This document shows, one piece after another, positions 9,284 to 16,938 of a stretch of 27,965 nt of DNA (its first letter is position 1; each line of letters opens with the position of its first letter). The DNA comes from a virus (taxonomy: Duplodnaviria > Caudoviricetes): positions 1-27,965 of IMG/VR virus record IMGVR_UViG_3300039208_000699. One strand, given 5' to 3'. Both the position numbers and the translations under genes were made by a program. The notes under the pieces are model-generated. The model searched no databases, was not told where the DNA came from, and saw nothing but the letters and a program-made list of their open reading frames with translations.

Positions 9284-9559
9284 ATGGATCCATATCAATT
9301 AGTAAGCGACTTAAGATTCCCTCGTCAAGTTAGTTTTTTCTTCTTTGTTGATAGCATTGACAAATTACATTTACTGGCGTTAAAGTTGAAAGAACGGGAG
9401 TTTAAAATTAAAACAAAATTTTTAAAATCGAGTTTTGAATGGTTAGTCGAGGCTAAAAAGAATGTAAAAGATATTCGGATGGAAAATGTAATATTCCAAG
9501 ATGTGGGTGATGTCTATAATATTGAATATGATGGATGGGGAATACCTATTCAAAATTAG
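9284..9559 (+). CDS. RraB-like (regulator of RNase E activity B) domain protein
   Basis: DLRFPRQVSFFFF...LALKL...F...WLV...YNIEYDGWG; YDGWG terminus and upstream aromatic strand match RraB-family domains. Confidence 0.65.
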   Translation: MDPYQLVSDLRFPRQVSFFFFVDSIDKLHLLALKLKEREFKIKTKFLKSSFEWLVEAKKNVKDIRMENVIFQDVGDVYNIEYDGWGIPIQN

Positions 9560-9570
9560 TAAGGTAAATT

Positions 9571-10068
9571 ATGATTGAAGTGATTTCAGGTATAACTGTT
9601 GGTAGTGAAAAAGATTTTAGACGGGATCTTTCTCCGGATCAAAAAAGCAATTGGCAAATACTTTTTGCGGCTAAACATCCCTGGCATAAAAATTTTGTTG
9701 GTTACGAAGGTAATGCGGCGCCCAAGGATAGTAAAGAATATCTTTGGGCTGATAGAGAAGATGGACGAATATTAGCATTAAATATGATAGATGCGCCCCA
9801 ATCAAAATTTTTCCAAGATCCTATGATTGATAGAGCTACAGCCTTTATTGGTGCAGCTCAAATGGATTTAAAGCCTTTGTTCATAGCCTGTAATAAAGGT
9901 AAATCACGGGGGCCTGGATTAGTTATGCTTTATTTAGGTGCACGCGGTATGTTATCATCTAATTTTGATGAAGCGGAAAAAGGATTTAAAACTATATACC
10001 CTATGTTAGAATTAGGGTCTGGATTTCGAGAATATTTAAAGAACAAATGGGATTCTTTTGCAAAATGA
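9571..10068 (+). CDS. Dual-specificity/tyrosine phosphatase-like protein
   Basis: CX5R P-loop LFIACNKGKSRGPGLVMLYL (9889-9909) with an upstream LNMIDA acid loop; TAAGG RBS. Confidence 0.8.
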   Translation: MIEVISGITVGSEKDFRRDLSPDQKSNWQILFAAKHPWHKNFVGYEGNAAPKDSKEYLWADREDGRILALNMIDAPQSKFFQDPMIDRATAFIGAAQMDLKPLFIACNKGKSRGPGLVMLYLGARGMLSSNFDEAEKGFKTIYPMLELGSGFREYLKNKWDSFAK

Positions 10069-10273
10069 AAAATTAATGGCTTTAGTCAAAAAAGCTGAAA
10101 CCGATAAAACAACTAAAGATTTTTTGATTAGTATGGATTATATAATGGAAAAATGTTACGAATGCCATGAAAGAAATTTTTTTGGCGATATTTCCATTCA
10201 TTTTCGTAAAGGTCAAATAAATCTTATCCACATAAATGAAACAATTAAGCTGACACACACTATAAAAGCTTAA
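10058..10273 (+). CDS. Small DUF2292/YezD-like protein (start uncertain)
   Basis: C-terminal FFGDISIHFRKGQINLIHINETIKL resembles the FG.I.I....G.I..I...E.IK pattern. Confidence 0.5.
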   Translation: MQNEKLMALVKKAETDKTTKDFLISMDYIMEKCYECHERNFFGDISIHFRKGQINLIHINETIKLTHTIKA

Positions 10274-10294
10274 ACTGAAGTATACAATTTCTTA

Positions 10295-10323
10295 AGTCCT
10301 TAGTAGGGAGAACCACAAGGGCT
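10295..10323 (+). promoter_or_regulatory. Antiterminator-like bulged RNA hairpin overlapping the terminator
   Basis: AGUCCUU/AAGGGCU, bulged A, GU/AC, bulged A, GG/CC, GAGAA loop; its 3' arm (10317-10323) is the terminator's 5' arm. Confidence 0.5.
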
Positions 10324-10371
10324 GTATCGATTTACCCAAAAATTTTGGGTGTATTGTGCAGCCCTTTTTTT
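10317..10371 (+). terminator. Intrinsic terminator upstream of scaffold/capsid genes
   Basis: GGGCTGTA/TGCAGCCC base stem, ACCCAAA/TTTGGGT apical stem, followed by T7. Confidence 0.8.
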
Positions 10372-10419
10372 ATTCAATAAACTGAATCTATAATTATTTA
10401 AAAAAGGAAAGAAACCATT

Positions 10420-11466
10420 ATGGGACCTAACGATTTTGAGCGAAATGACGCTACCGCCCACGCAGGTCAAGGACCTTCGGGTGAGGACCAGGACGCTCTC
10501 GTAAGCGGTAATGATGATGAACTTTCAGGCATAGTTGAGCCAGAAGTTGATGAAGTTGAATTATTAAGACAACAACTGGATCAAGCTAATGCTACACTAA
10601 TGCAAGCACAACGTGAAGCTGCAGAAGTTAAGGGTAAGTATACCACTTTAGAGCAGCAGCACGGGACATTGCAGGGGATTGTTGCTGAGACAATTAAAGA
10701 TCAGAAACGGCCCACAACATCAAAAAGACGGCAAAAACGTAGAGTTGATCCGTTACCAGATATTTTAAATGACGCAGGGCAGTTCAGAACCGCGATCCAA
10801 CAAGAATTGGACGAGGTGCACGGTAGATTAGAGGAGATACCTCAAGGTGCCGATGAACAATTGCGTGACGAAGTGTCTAGTTTGAATTCGGCTGTGCAAG
10901 ATATTACAAAAGCCTTGCAAGCTCTATCTCAAAATCAACTCTACAATGACGAACAAAATCAATTAATCGGTATGGGGTATACAAATCAAGAAATACAGAG
11001 GTTGGAAACAACTCGCGCACGTGAGGGCTTACCTACTTTACGGTCAGCTTTAGGTTATGAGCCTGATTTAATGGCAAGATCTCAAAATCAACCTACATCA
11101 CGGAGGTCACGTAAACGGGCTAAATCTGCAAATAGACAACAAGGTTTGAATGGTAATGCTAATAATGGACAACCTAATTCGAATCCGTCTAACAGGCAAG
11201 CGTACAATAGGGATGTCTATCAGCCTAACGTCGCATCTGTAGATCAAAGAATTGATACTCAAGCTTTTGGAAATGAATTAAATAATCACGAGCAGAATCC
11301 TAACGTAGGCGCTAGTGCACCTAGTCATGATGGTAATGCCAGGGAAGAAATTCGTCAACATCTTGCAGCGGGGACATATTATACGTTACCTGCAGAAGAG
11401 AAAAGACGACTAGAAATCGCTGCGCAAAAAGCTGCCGCAAATGACTCCTGGGATTCGGCTTATTAA
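10420..11466 (+). CDS. Putative capsid scaffolding protein
   Basis: Acidic N-terminus, coiled coil, low-complexity C-terminal region, directly upstream of the major capsid gene. Confidence 0.7.
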   Translation: MGPNDFERNDATAHAGQGPSGEDQDALVSGNDDELSGIVEPEVDEVELLRQQLDQANATLMQAQREAAEVKGKYTTLEQQHGTLQGIVAETIKDQKRPTTSKRRQKRRVDPLPDILNDAGQFRTAIQQELDEVHGRLEEIPQGADEQLRDEVSSLNSAVQDITKALQALSQNQLYNDEQNQLIGMGYTNQEIQRLETTRAREGLPTLRSALGYEPDLMARSQNQPTSRRSRKRAKSANRQQGLNGNANNGQPNSNPSNRQAYNRDVYQPNVASVDQRIDTQAFGNELNNHEQNPNVGASAPSHDGNAREEIRQHLAAGTYYTLPAEEKRRLEIAAQKAAANDSWDSAY

Positions 11467-11485
11467 ATATATTAGGAGTTAAATT

Positions 11486-12279
11486 ATGGCTTCAATCACT
11501 GTAGCAGCAACTACAGCCACAGCGACTGAACAGGCCCAACTTTATTCTAAGGACTTATTTCACGAACCACATGTGAATTCGTTCTGGAAAAATTTACAAG
11601 GTCCTGGTCCTGACTATGTAATTCAGATAGATGACAGCCTGAAAAAAGAGCAAGGTGATAGAGTTAATTTTACACTTTTCGCTGAACTTACAGGTAAAGG
11701 TCGAGTAGTAGGTACTGCTAACACACAATTGACCGCTTTAGAAGGTAACGAAGAAGCACCTAATCGTTATCAATTTGGTGTTACTTTGGATGAGATTCAC
11801 CATTCCGTAAGAACTGGTGGAAAGCTCACTGAACAACGTCTTGCTTACAAGGTGCGCCCTGAAATGAAACAAGTCTTAGCATACTGGTATAATCGTGCTT
11901 ATGACGAGATGATTTTCAAGAAGCTTACTGGAACTGACTACACCGATGACGCTAGTCGTACATTCGGTGATGCTGCAGTTGCTAACACCAATGTTATTCG
12001 CCCTGGCGGAAAAACAGCAAAAGCTGATATCGAACTTACAGATACCTTTGTTGTTGATTTGATTGAAAGAGCAAAATCAATGGCAACTGTTGGTATTTTT
12101 GGTGCAACAACGGCTTGGAGAATTCGCCCATTTATGGTTGGTGGTCGTCCATATTACGGTATGGTAATTCATCCATATCAAAAGTATGGTATGAGAAAAG
12201 ATCCTGATTGGAAAGAAGCTGTTCTTCATGCACGTGAACGTAGCCAAGAAAACCCAATCTTTACTGGTGCAACTGCCAT
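11486..12279 (+). CDS. Major capsid protein (N4-gp56/DUF4043-like), exon 1
   Basis: AGGAG RBS; LKKEQGDRVNF.L...L.G.G...LEGNEE, GKLTEQR, VIHPYQ, NPIFTGA; joined to exon 2 gives 362 aa. Confidence 0.9.
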
Positions 12280-13587
12280 TGTAAATTCTAATTTTACAAA
12301 TACTTCGTTTGGAGAAATTTGTTTAAATTAGTATATTAAGCTCATAAATAACCAGTAACTCTGAATCTTTCTACTACCGAGGTAAAAATGAAGAATAAAA
12401 AAATCAGAGAAAATGAGCTTTCTTATTTAGCGGGACTTTGGGATGGTGACGGAACATTCGCTATCCAAAGATTGAAAACAAGTAAAACAAAATCGAAAAG
12501 GGCGTATTGGGTACGTTCTACCTTCACAAACACAAATGAAACCGTAGTTAAAATGGTTGACAGTATATTAAAAAAGATGGGCATTAAAAAAACTGGTCTA
12601 CGAAGTAGACAAAGAAAAGAGAATTGGAAAATGACTTATGAGTTCTCTATTAATCGCCTTGAAGACAATAAAACATTGTTAACCAACTTAATTCCCTATT
12701 TAAATGGTAAAAAGGCTACGGCTGAGATTGTTTTGAGATTTGTTAGTAGAAGATTGTTAGCAAAAAAGGAAACACCATACAATCCATATACGTTGGATGA
12801 CGATCTTCAGTATGATCAAGTGAAGCAAATGAATATTAAAGGTAAATATCCAGACCATAAAGTAGTATCTGATATAGTAAAGTCGAAGATTATTGACAAA
12901 GATTTGTATTATTTCGGTGGGTTATGGGATGCAGAAGGTTGTTTTTCTATAAAAAGAAGTCATAAGCGTGGCGGACATTGTATATTCACTGCCATTAGTT
13001 CTGTAAACAATTGTAATCCAATTATTGCAAATGAAATAATGCGAATATGTGACGGATTGGAGATAACATATCATATAACCCAAAGACAGAAAAGATCTCA
13101 TTGGGCACCTACTTATGAAATTGAGATTAAAAGGTTGGATATGAACAGTAGGTTTTTGAAGATTGTTTTACCCTATATGTTTTCAAAACATAATGTTGGA
13201 AGTTTATTGTTAGAGTTTGTTGAAAGTCGTTTGAGAAACAAAGCTCGTACAGGTAATAATCAGACAGCGAACTACACCCAAAAAGAATTAGATATTTTTG
13301 AAAATATCAAAAAGCTAAATAAGAAAGGCTCAAATAAACGAGCCCCAAGTGGCCTTGTAGAGCAATCTACAAAGGAAAAATCCCGTGAATTCAGGGGAAC
13401 CCCTAACGTAAAGACGAGGGCAATCCTGAGCCAAGCATCGAAAGATGAAGGTGCAACGACTATCTCTACGGAGAGTAGAACCAAGCGGTTCGAAGCGCGG
13501 GAAACCTCAACAGAGGTTGTGATATAGTCTGAACTTATAGGAAACTATAAGAAGGATGTCGTTAGCGATGACATTCGTAACATATTG
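12280..13587 (+). mobile_element. Group I self-splicing intron (1308 nt, IA-like with P7.1/P7.2)
   Basis: Exon ends in U, intron ends in G; IGS CCCAAGUGGC (13344-13353) pairs with 5' exon GCCAU and 3' exon UUGGG; P3 13381-87/13496-502, P4 13390-95/13425-30, P7 GACUAU 13458-63/AUAGUC 13524-29, P8, P9 with GAAA loop. Confidence 0.93.
12388..13527 (+). CDS. Intron-encoded double-motif LAGLIDADG homing endonuclease
   Basis: LSYLAGLWDGDG and LYYFGGLWDAEG motifs in two repeated domains; GAGGT RBS; C-terminal tail reads through the ribozyme core. Confidence 0.9.
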   Translation: MKNKKIRENELSYLAGLWDGDGTFAIQRLKTSKTKSKRAYWVRSTFTNTNETVVKMVDSILKKMGIKKTGLRSRQRKENWKMTYEFSINRLEDNKTLLTNLIPYLNGKKATAEIVLRFVSRRLLAKKETPYNPYTLDDDLQYDQVKQMNIKGKYPDHKVVSDIVKSKIIDKDLYYFGGLWDAEGCFSIKRSHKRGGHCIFTAISSVNNCNPIIANEIMRICDGLEITYHITQRQKRSHWAPTYEIEIKRLDMNSRFLKIVLPYMFSKHNVGSLLLEFVESRLRNKARTGNNQTANYTQKELDIFENIKKLNKKGSNKRAPSGLVEQSTKEKSREFRGTPNVKTRAILSQASKDEGATTISTESRTKRFEARETSTEVVI

Positions 13588-13882
13588 TTGGGACAATGTT
13601 ATTATTTACGAACATGACTTGGTTGTCACTGGTACAGATGCAGGTAGTGGTGGAAATGTGCCGTATGCAAACGCTCTTTTCTTTGGTCTTCAAGCGGGCG
13701 TACTTGCTAGAGCTCAAAACGGTCTTGATTGGGTTGAGAAATGGTTTCAATACGGCACCGAATGGGGTGTTGATGTTGGTACTATTCTCGGATTTCAAAA
13801 AACACGTTTTAATTCATTGGATTTTGCTGTTGTTATGTGTCAGACTGCAGCGCAGAATCCTGGTCTTATTCAATCAAATTAA
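13588..13882 (+). CDS. Major capsid protein, exon 2
   Basis: Splice restores NPIFTGATAI-WDNVIIYEH; ALFFGLQAG..A, W.E...YG, GFQKTRFN..DFAVV typical of this capsid family's C-terminus. Confidence 0.9.
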
Positions 13883-13899
13883 TTAGGAGACTAACACCA

Positions 13900-14385
13900 A
13901 TGAAAAGCAAAGTTTTTGCTGTATTATTGCTGCTGTTGGCTACGGTTTCCTTAGCCAATGCTCAAGTCGAAAAAGTATGGTTGAGCGAATTTAAATATGA
14001 TAACAATCAAAATTGGACAAGTACAGTTGGTGATACATTAGTTGATAATGTTATTGATACGGTGTACATACCAATTTCTCCGAATCGTTATCATCCATCT
14101 GTAGTTACAATTTATTGCAAATCAACTAATATTAATAACGCTGAAGGTATCACATTCAGGGTAGATCGAGGCATATCTGGAGGCGGGGGTGCAATTTATA
14201 CTGCTGGTACTTTAGATACACTGACATCTACATCAGGTTCTCAAGCTCGAAGTTATGTATTCGATGGTACGAGTTCACAATACGGCTCAAATGTTTTACG
14301 AGTTCGTATTACACAACTTGCATCAGCCGCTGCAACCGATTCTATTTCTTATAGATTAACTTCACTTGTGAAACTTATAAAGTAA
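13900..14385 (+). CDS. Beta-rich protein with Sec signal peptide, at the capsid-decoration position
   Basis: AGGAG RBS before ATG 13900; MKSKVFAVLLLLLATVSLANA|Q signal peptide. Confidence 0.7.
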   Translation: MKSKVFAVLLLLLATVSLANAQVEKVWLSEFKYDNNQNWTSTVGDTLVDNVIDTVYIPISPNRYHPSVVTIYCKSTNINNAEGITFRVDRGISGGGGAIYTAGTLDTLTSTSGSQARSYVFDGTSSQYGSNVLRVRITQLASAAATDSISYRLTSLVKLIK

Positions 14386-14395
14386 TAATATTTAA

Positions 14396-14459
14396 AAGTC
14401 CTGATTCTGATGTGTTTTTACATCTTGAATAGTCTATCCAGGGTCAGGACTTAATTTTT
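14396..14459 (+). terminator. Long stem-loop, terminator-like or mRNA-stabilising
   Basis: 14-bp stem 14396-14409/14439-14452 enclosing a large loop, followed by a T-rich tract. Confidence 0.55.
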
Positions 14460-14483
14460 AACCATTTAAAGGGAAAACCTACA

Positions 14484-14888
14484 ATGAACGAAAATATGGA
14501 AGATTTTCATATAGATCCAAGAGAACTGTCAAAAACTAAATATGGAATGGTCGTTTTTATTGGACCAGATGATGATTTGCCACATCAAACAGCGGGGTAT
14601 TGTGCTTCTGATAGTCCGGAATTGAAGGAAGATCCGGAAGGTAATCGTTTGTATAGTTTTACTGAAAACGATTTTGTGGCTATCATTCATACTGAATTGG
14701 ATCAGAAATTTTTCAAAAAAAGACCTAAGAAATACAAAGTTTGTTTACCACCTCGCGCACGTGGAGGTAAAGGTCGTCCAAAGTATCAAAAGACTGAGAA
14801 AAAAGAACCTTCGGGTGAAGACACCACAACAAAAGTTCCTAAACCAACTAGAACAGGTAATGGAAATGCCAAAAAAATTGAAAAATAA
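14484..14888 (+). CDS. Hypothetical protein with basic C-terminal tail
   Basis: 134-aa ORF, AAGGGA RBS. Confidence 0.65.
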   Translation: MNENMEDFHIDPRELSKTKYGMVVFIGPDDDLPHQTAGYCASDSPELKEDPEGNRLYSFTENDFVAIIHTELDQKFFKKRPKKYKVCLPPRARGGKGRPKYQKTEKKEPSGEDTTTKVPKPTRTGNGNAKKIEK

Positions 14889-15117
14889 TATATCAGAAGA
14901 TTTTGAATTTGAGTATCAAGGGCAAGTCCGGCAAGATTTGATTAATGCAGCAGTTTCAGGTGAATTAATGAATCAACATTATGATCCTGAAGCCTGTCAT
15001 TTTAATGAATTTGAACAAAAAGATTTCCAGGCCACTATTGACCATTTAGAAGGTCAAGGGGAGTACGGTGAAGCTAAACATTTACGTAATCGACTTAAGG
15101 TAATAACACAAGGTTAA
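14860..15117 (+). CDS. Hypothetical protein (start 14860 or 14866)
   Basis: 3' part of ORF 14674-15117; ATGs near the end of the upstream gene. Confidence 0.55.
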   Translation: MEMPKKLKNNISEDFEFEYQGQVRQDLINAAVSGELMNQHYDPEACHFNEFEQKDFQATIDHLEGQGEYGEAKHLRNRLKVITQG

Positions 15118-15120
15118 GTT

Positions 15121-15978
15121 ATGTCAGATCTGAGTGATTTACTTAGAAAAACTCGCCATTATATCTCAGAAAGAAAAAAGTTGAGATATCTTCGGACGAC
15201 AACAACAAGCGCAGGGAGTGCTACAGGTACGACAGTGATTTCAACCAATATTAATGAAATTGCAAATTTTTGGCGTAATGCTGAATGTGCAGTTCTTGAT
15301 AGTGATCTTGATCCTATACGTATTGTTGAGACTTCATCCGCAGCGGGGCAATTAGATTTTTCTGGTGATAATGCGTTTCCGTATCAAATTGGTTCAGGTG
15401 TGACAATTGAACTTGGGGAGGTTGGTTCATTTTCGAATCAATCTCTTAAAGTTTTTCTTATTGATTCTATTAATTTTTTAGCCGGTGTTTTACCTAAAGC
15501 GGTATTAAGAGATTATATTATCATGGAAACAGTCTCATCATCAGGTGGGGTTGCTGATCCACCTACCAATATGATTGATATTCATTTTATTGTGATAAAT
15601 GATTTACCTACATCTGAAATACCTCCTGAAGAAAGATCCCAGATGAGCCGAGATGCTTATTTGGAATCTGTGACACCTGATAGATTCTTGTATTATTGGC
15701 GTGGTAAAGATGCTGATGATGGAGAGCTTGTCTATGCACCTGCTGGATCTCATGATGTTGATTATCACGGAGTACCGTTATTAACAGATTTTGATTCAAG
15801 TCAAAACACTAAATTTCCTAAAGATTTCTTTGATATAGTTGCAATGGAAACAGCCAGTCGAGCTTTTGCGGCTAATGATGATGGGGCACTTGCTGCATAT
15901 TATCAAGATAAAGTAGGTGATTTATTAGTAAGTAAAGGTGTTAAAGTTAGAGAACGTTCAATGCAGGAGGTCGGATAA
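15121..15978 (+). CDS. Putative head-tail adaptor/structural protein
   Basis: Position after head genes; P..MIDI..I.IN, YYW...LVYAP..., FPKDFFDIVA..TA.RAF...A.YY pattern of adaptor-like proteins. Confidence 0.55.
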   Translation: MSDLSDLLRKTRHYISERKKLRYLRTTTTSAGSATGTTVISTNINEIANFWRNAECAVLDSDLDPIRIVETSSAAGQLDFSGDNAFPYQIGSGVTIELGEVGSFSNQSLKVFLIDSINFLAGVLPKAVLRDYIIMETVSSSGGVADPPTNMIDIHFIVINDLPTSEIPPEERSQMSRDAYLESVTPDRFLYYWRGKDADDGELVYAPAGSHDVDYHGVPLLTDFDSSQNTKFPKDFFDIVAMETASRAFAANDDGALAAYYQDKVGDLLVSKGVKVRERSMQEVG

Positions 15979-16292
15979 TGGATGCAAAAGAATTAAGAAC
16001 ACATATTGATACCGCATTAAACGCTTACCATGAAGACATTGAAAGATTTGTAAGTAAAGCCTATTTATGGCAGAAACTGGATATTGCGTGTCGTCAGGTA
16101 AAGGGTGATTTATTACGACCTGTTACAGAACAAGATTTAACCATGACAATAAACCAACGCGGTTTAAACTTACCAAATGATTTTATGCAATTTACAGATG
16201 AACATTTGCCCAGGATTATAGAATCTGGGGATGACGCTACAGCAGAGGGTCATGTTTTTCCAATACGTAGCGATGAGGAGATGATAGAATAA
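15978..16292 (+). CDS. Adaptor-like protein, N-terminal part
   Basis: ELR..I...L...LDIACRQV...LTMTINQRGLNLPNDF; TAATG coupling; GGAGG RBS. Confidence 0.55.
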   Translation: MDAKELRTHIDTALNAYHEDIERFVSKAYLWQKLDIACRQVKGDLLRPVTEQDLTMTINQRGLNLPNDFMQFTDEHLPRIIESGDDATAEGHVFPIRSDEEMIE

Positions 16293-16492
16293 TGCCTGAT
16301 ACATTAGAAACAGGAATGACTTTCGAAGATGCGGGAAAATTAACTTTTGACGCAGATACAGCAAGTATGTCATTTGGTCAGGTTCAGGGTGATAGTTATG
16401 ATACGAGAAATAATTTCCGTTGTTTAAGACCTAAACCTGTAGAGCGAACTGCATTTAATAACACACCAACATCAGTTTCGAGGCAAGCGTAA
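16292..16492 (+). CDS. Small hypothetical protein
   Basis: 66 aa; TAATG-coupled at both ends; GAGGAG RBS. Confidence 0.55.
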   Translation: MPDTLETGMTFEDAGKLTFDADTASMSFGQVQGDSYDTRNNFRCLRPKPVERTAFNNTPTSVSRQA

Positions 16493-16938
16493 TGGCGATT
16501 TCAATTTCAACAGCAGTACCTTCTTATGGTATTCTTGTTATGGCAGATACCCCTTATATTTTATTGAATACTAAAGCGGACGCTGCGCATACAATTAGAT
16601 TAAAATATATATCAAGTAATCCAGCAAAAAACACTTCAAATGTTGAATTGGCGGCTTTTGCATCTACAACTGACGCACCTCATTTACCTGTAGAATATCA
16701 TCCGATGGTCCAGTATTTAGCTACTGCTCTAATTGCTGAGGAATTGGCTCATAGAGTGGACGCTGAAGGTAAACCTATGTTTCCGCAAATGGGTTCTGCT
16801 GCTAAGTATTACCGAGAATTATATAATTCTATGTTGCAAGATGTTAAAGAAAAGTCACGGAAACGGTTAATCACAGGTACACAACAAAGATTTTCTTTTA
16901 GTGGAGCCGAGCGTGAAATTCTGAGAGGTGTTAGATGA
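16492..16938 (+). CDS. Adaptor-like protein, C-terminal part
   Basis: TIRLKY...P...DAPHLPVEYHPMVQYLATAL...AKYYRELY. Confidence 0.55.
   Translation: MAISISTAVPSYGILVMADTPYILLNTKADAAHTIRLKYISSNPAKNTSNVELAAFASTTDAPHLPVEYHPMVQYLATALIAEELAHRVDAEGKPMFPQMGSAAKYYRELYNSMLQDVKEKSRKRLITGTQQRFSFSGAEREILRGVR

Noticed and set aside
11486-12331. 281-aa ORF and 13556-13882 ORF as two independent genes
   Set aside because: They are exons of one capsid gene; the extra residues derive from intron sequence
13272-13886. Antisense and alternative-frame ORFs over the intron core and capsid exon 2
   Set aside because: Shadow ORFs of the ribozyme and capsid coding sequence
13837-13899. N-terminal extension of the 182-aa ORF
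   Set aside because: Overlaps capsid exon 2; the AGGAG RBS and signal peptide point to ATG 13900
15978-16938. Stop-codon reassignment or an intron as the explanation for fragmented genes
   Set aside because: Junctions change frame (TAATG), long genes read normally in code 11 with all three stops used, and deleting the middle segment does not restore a frame
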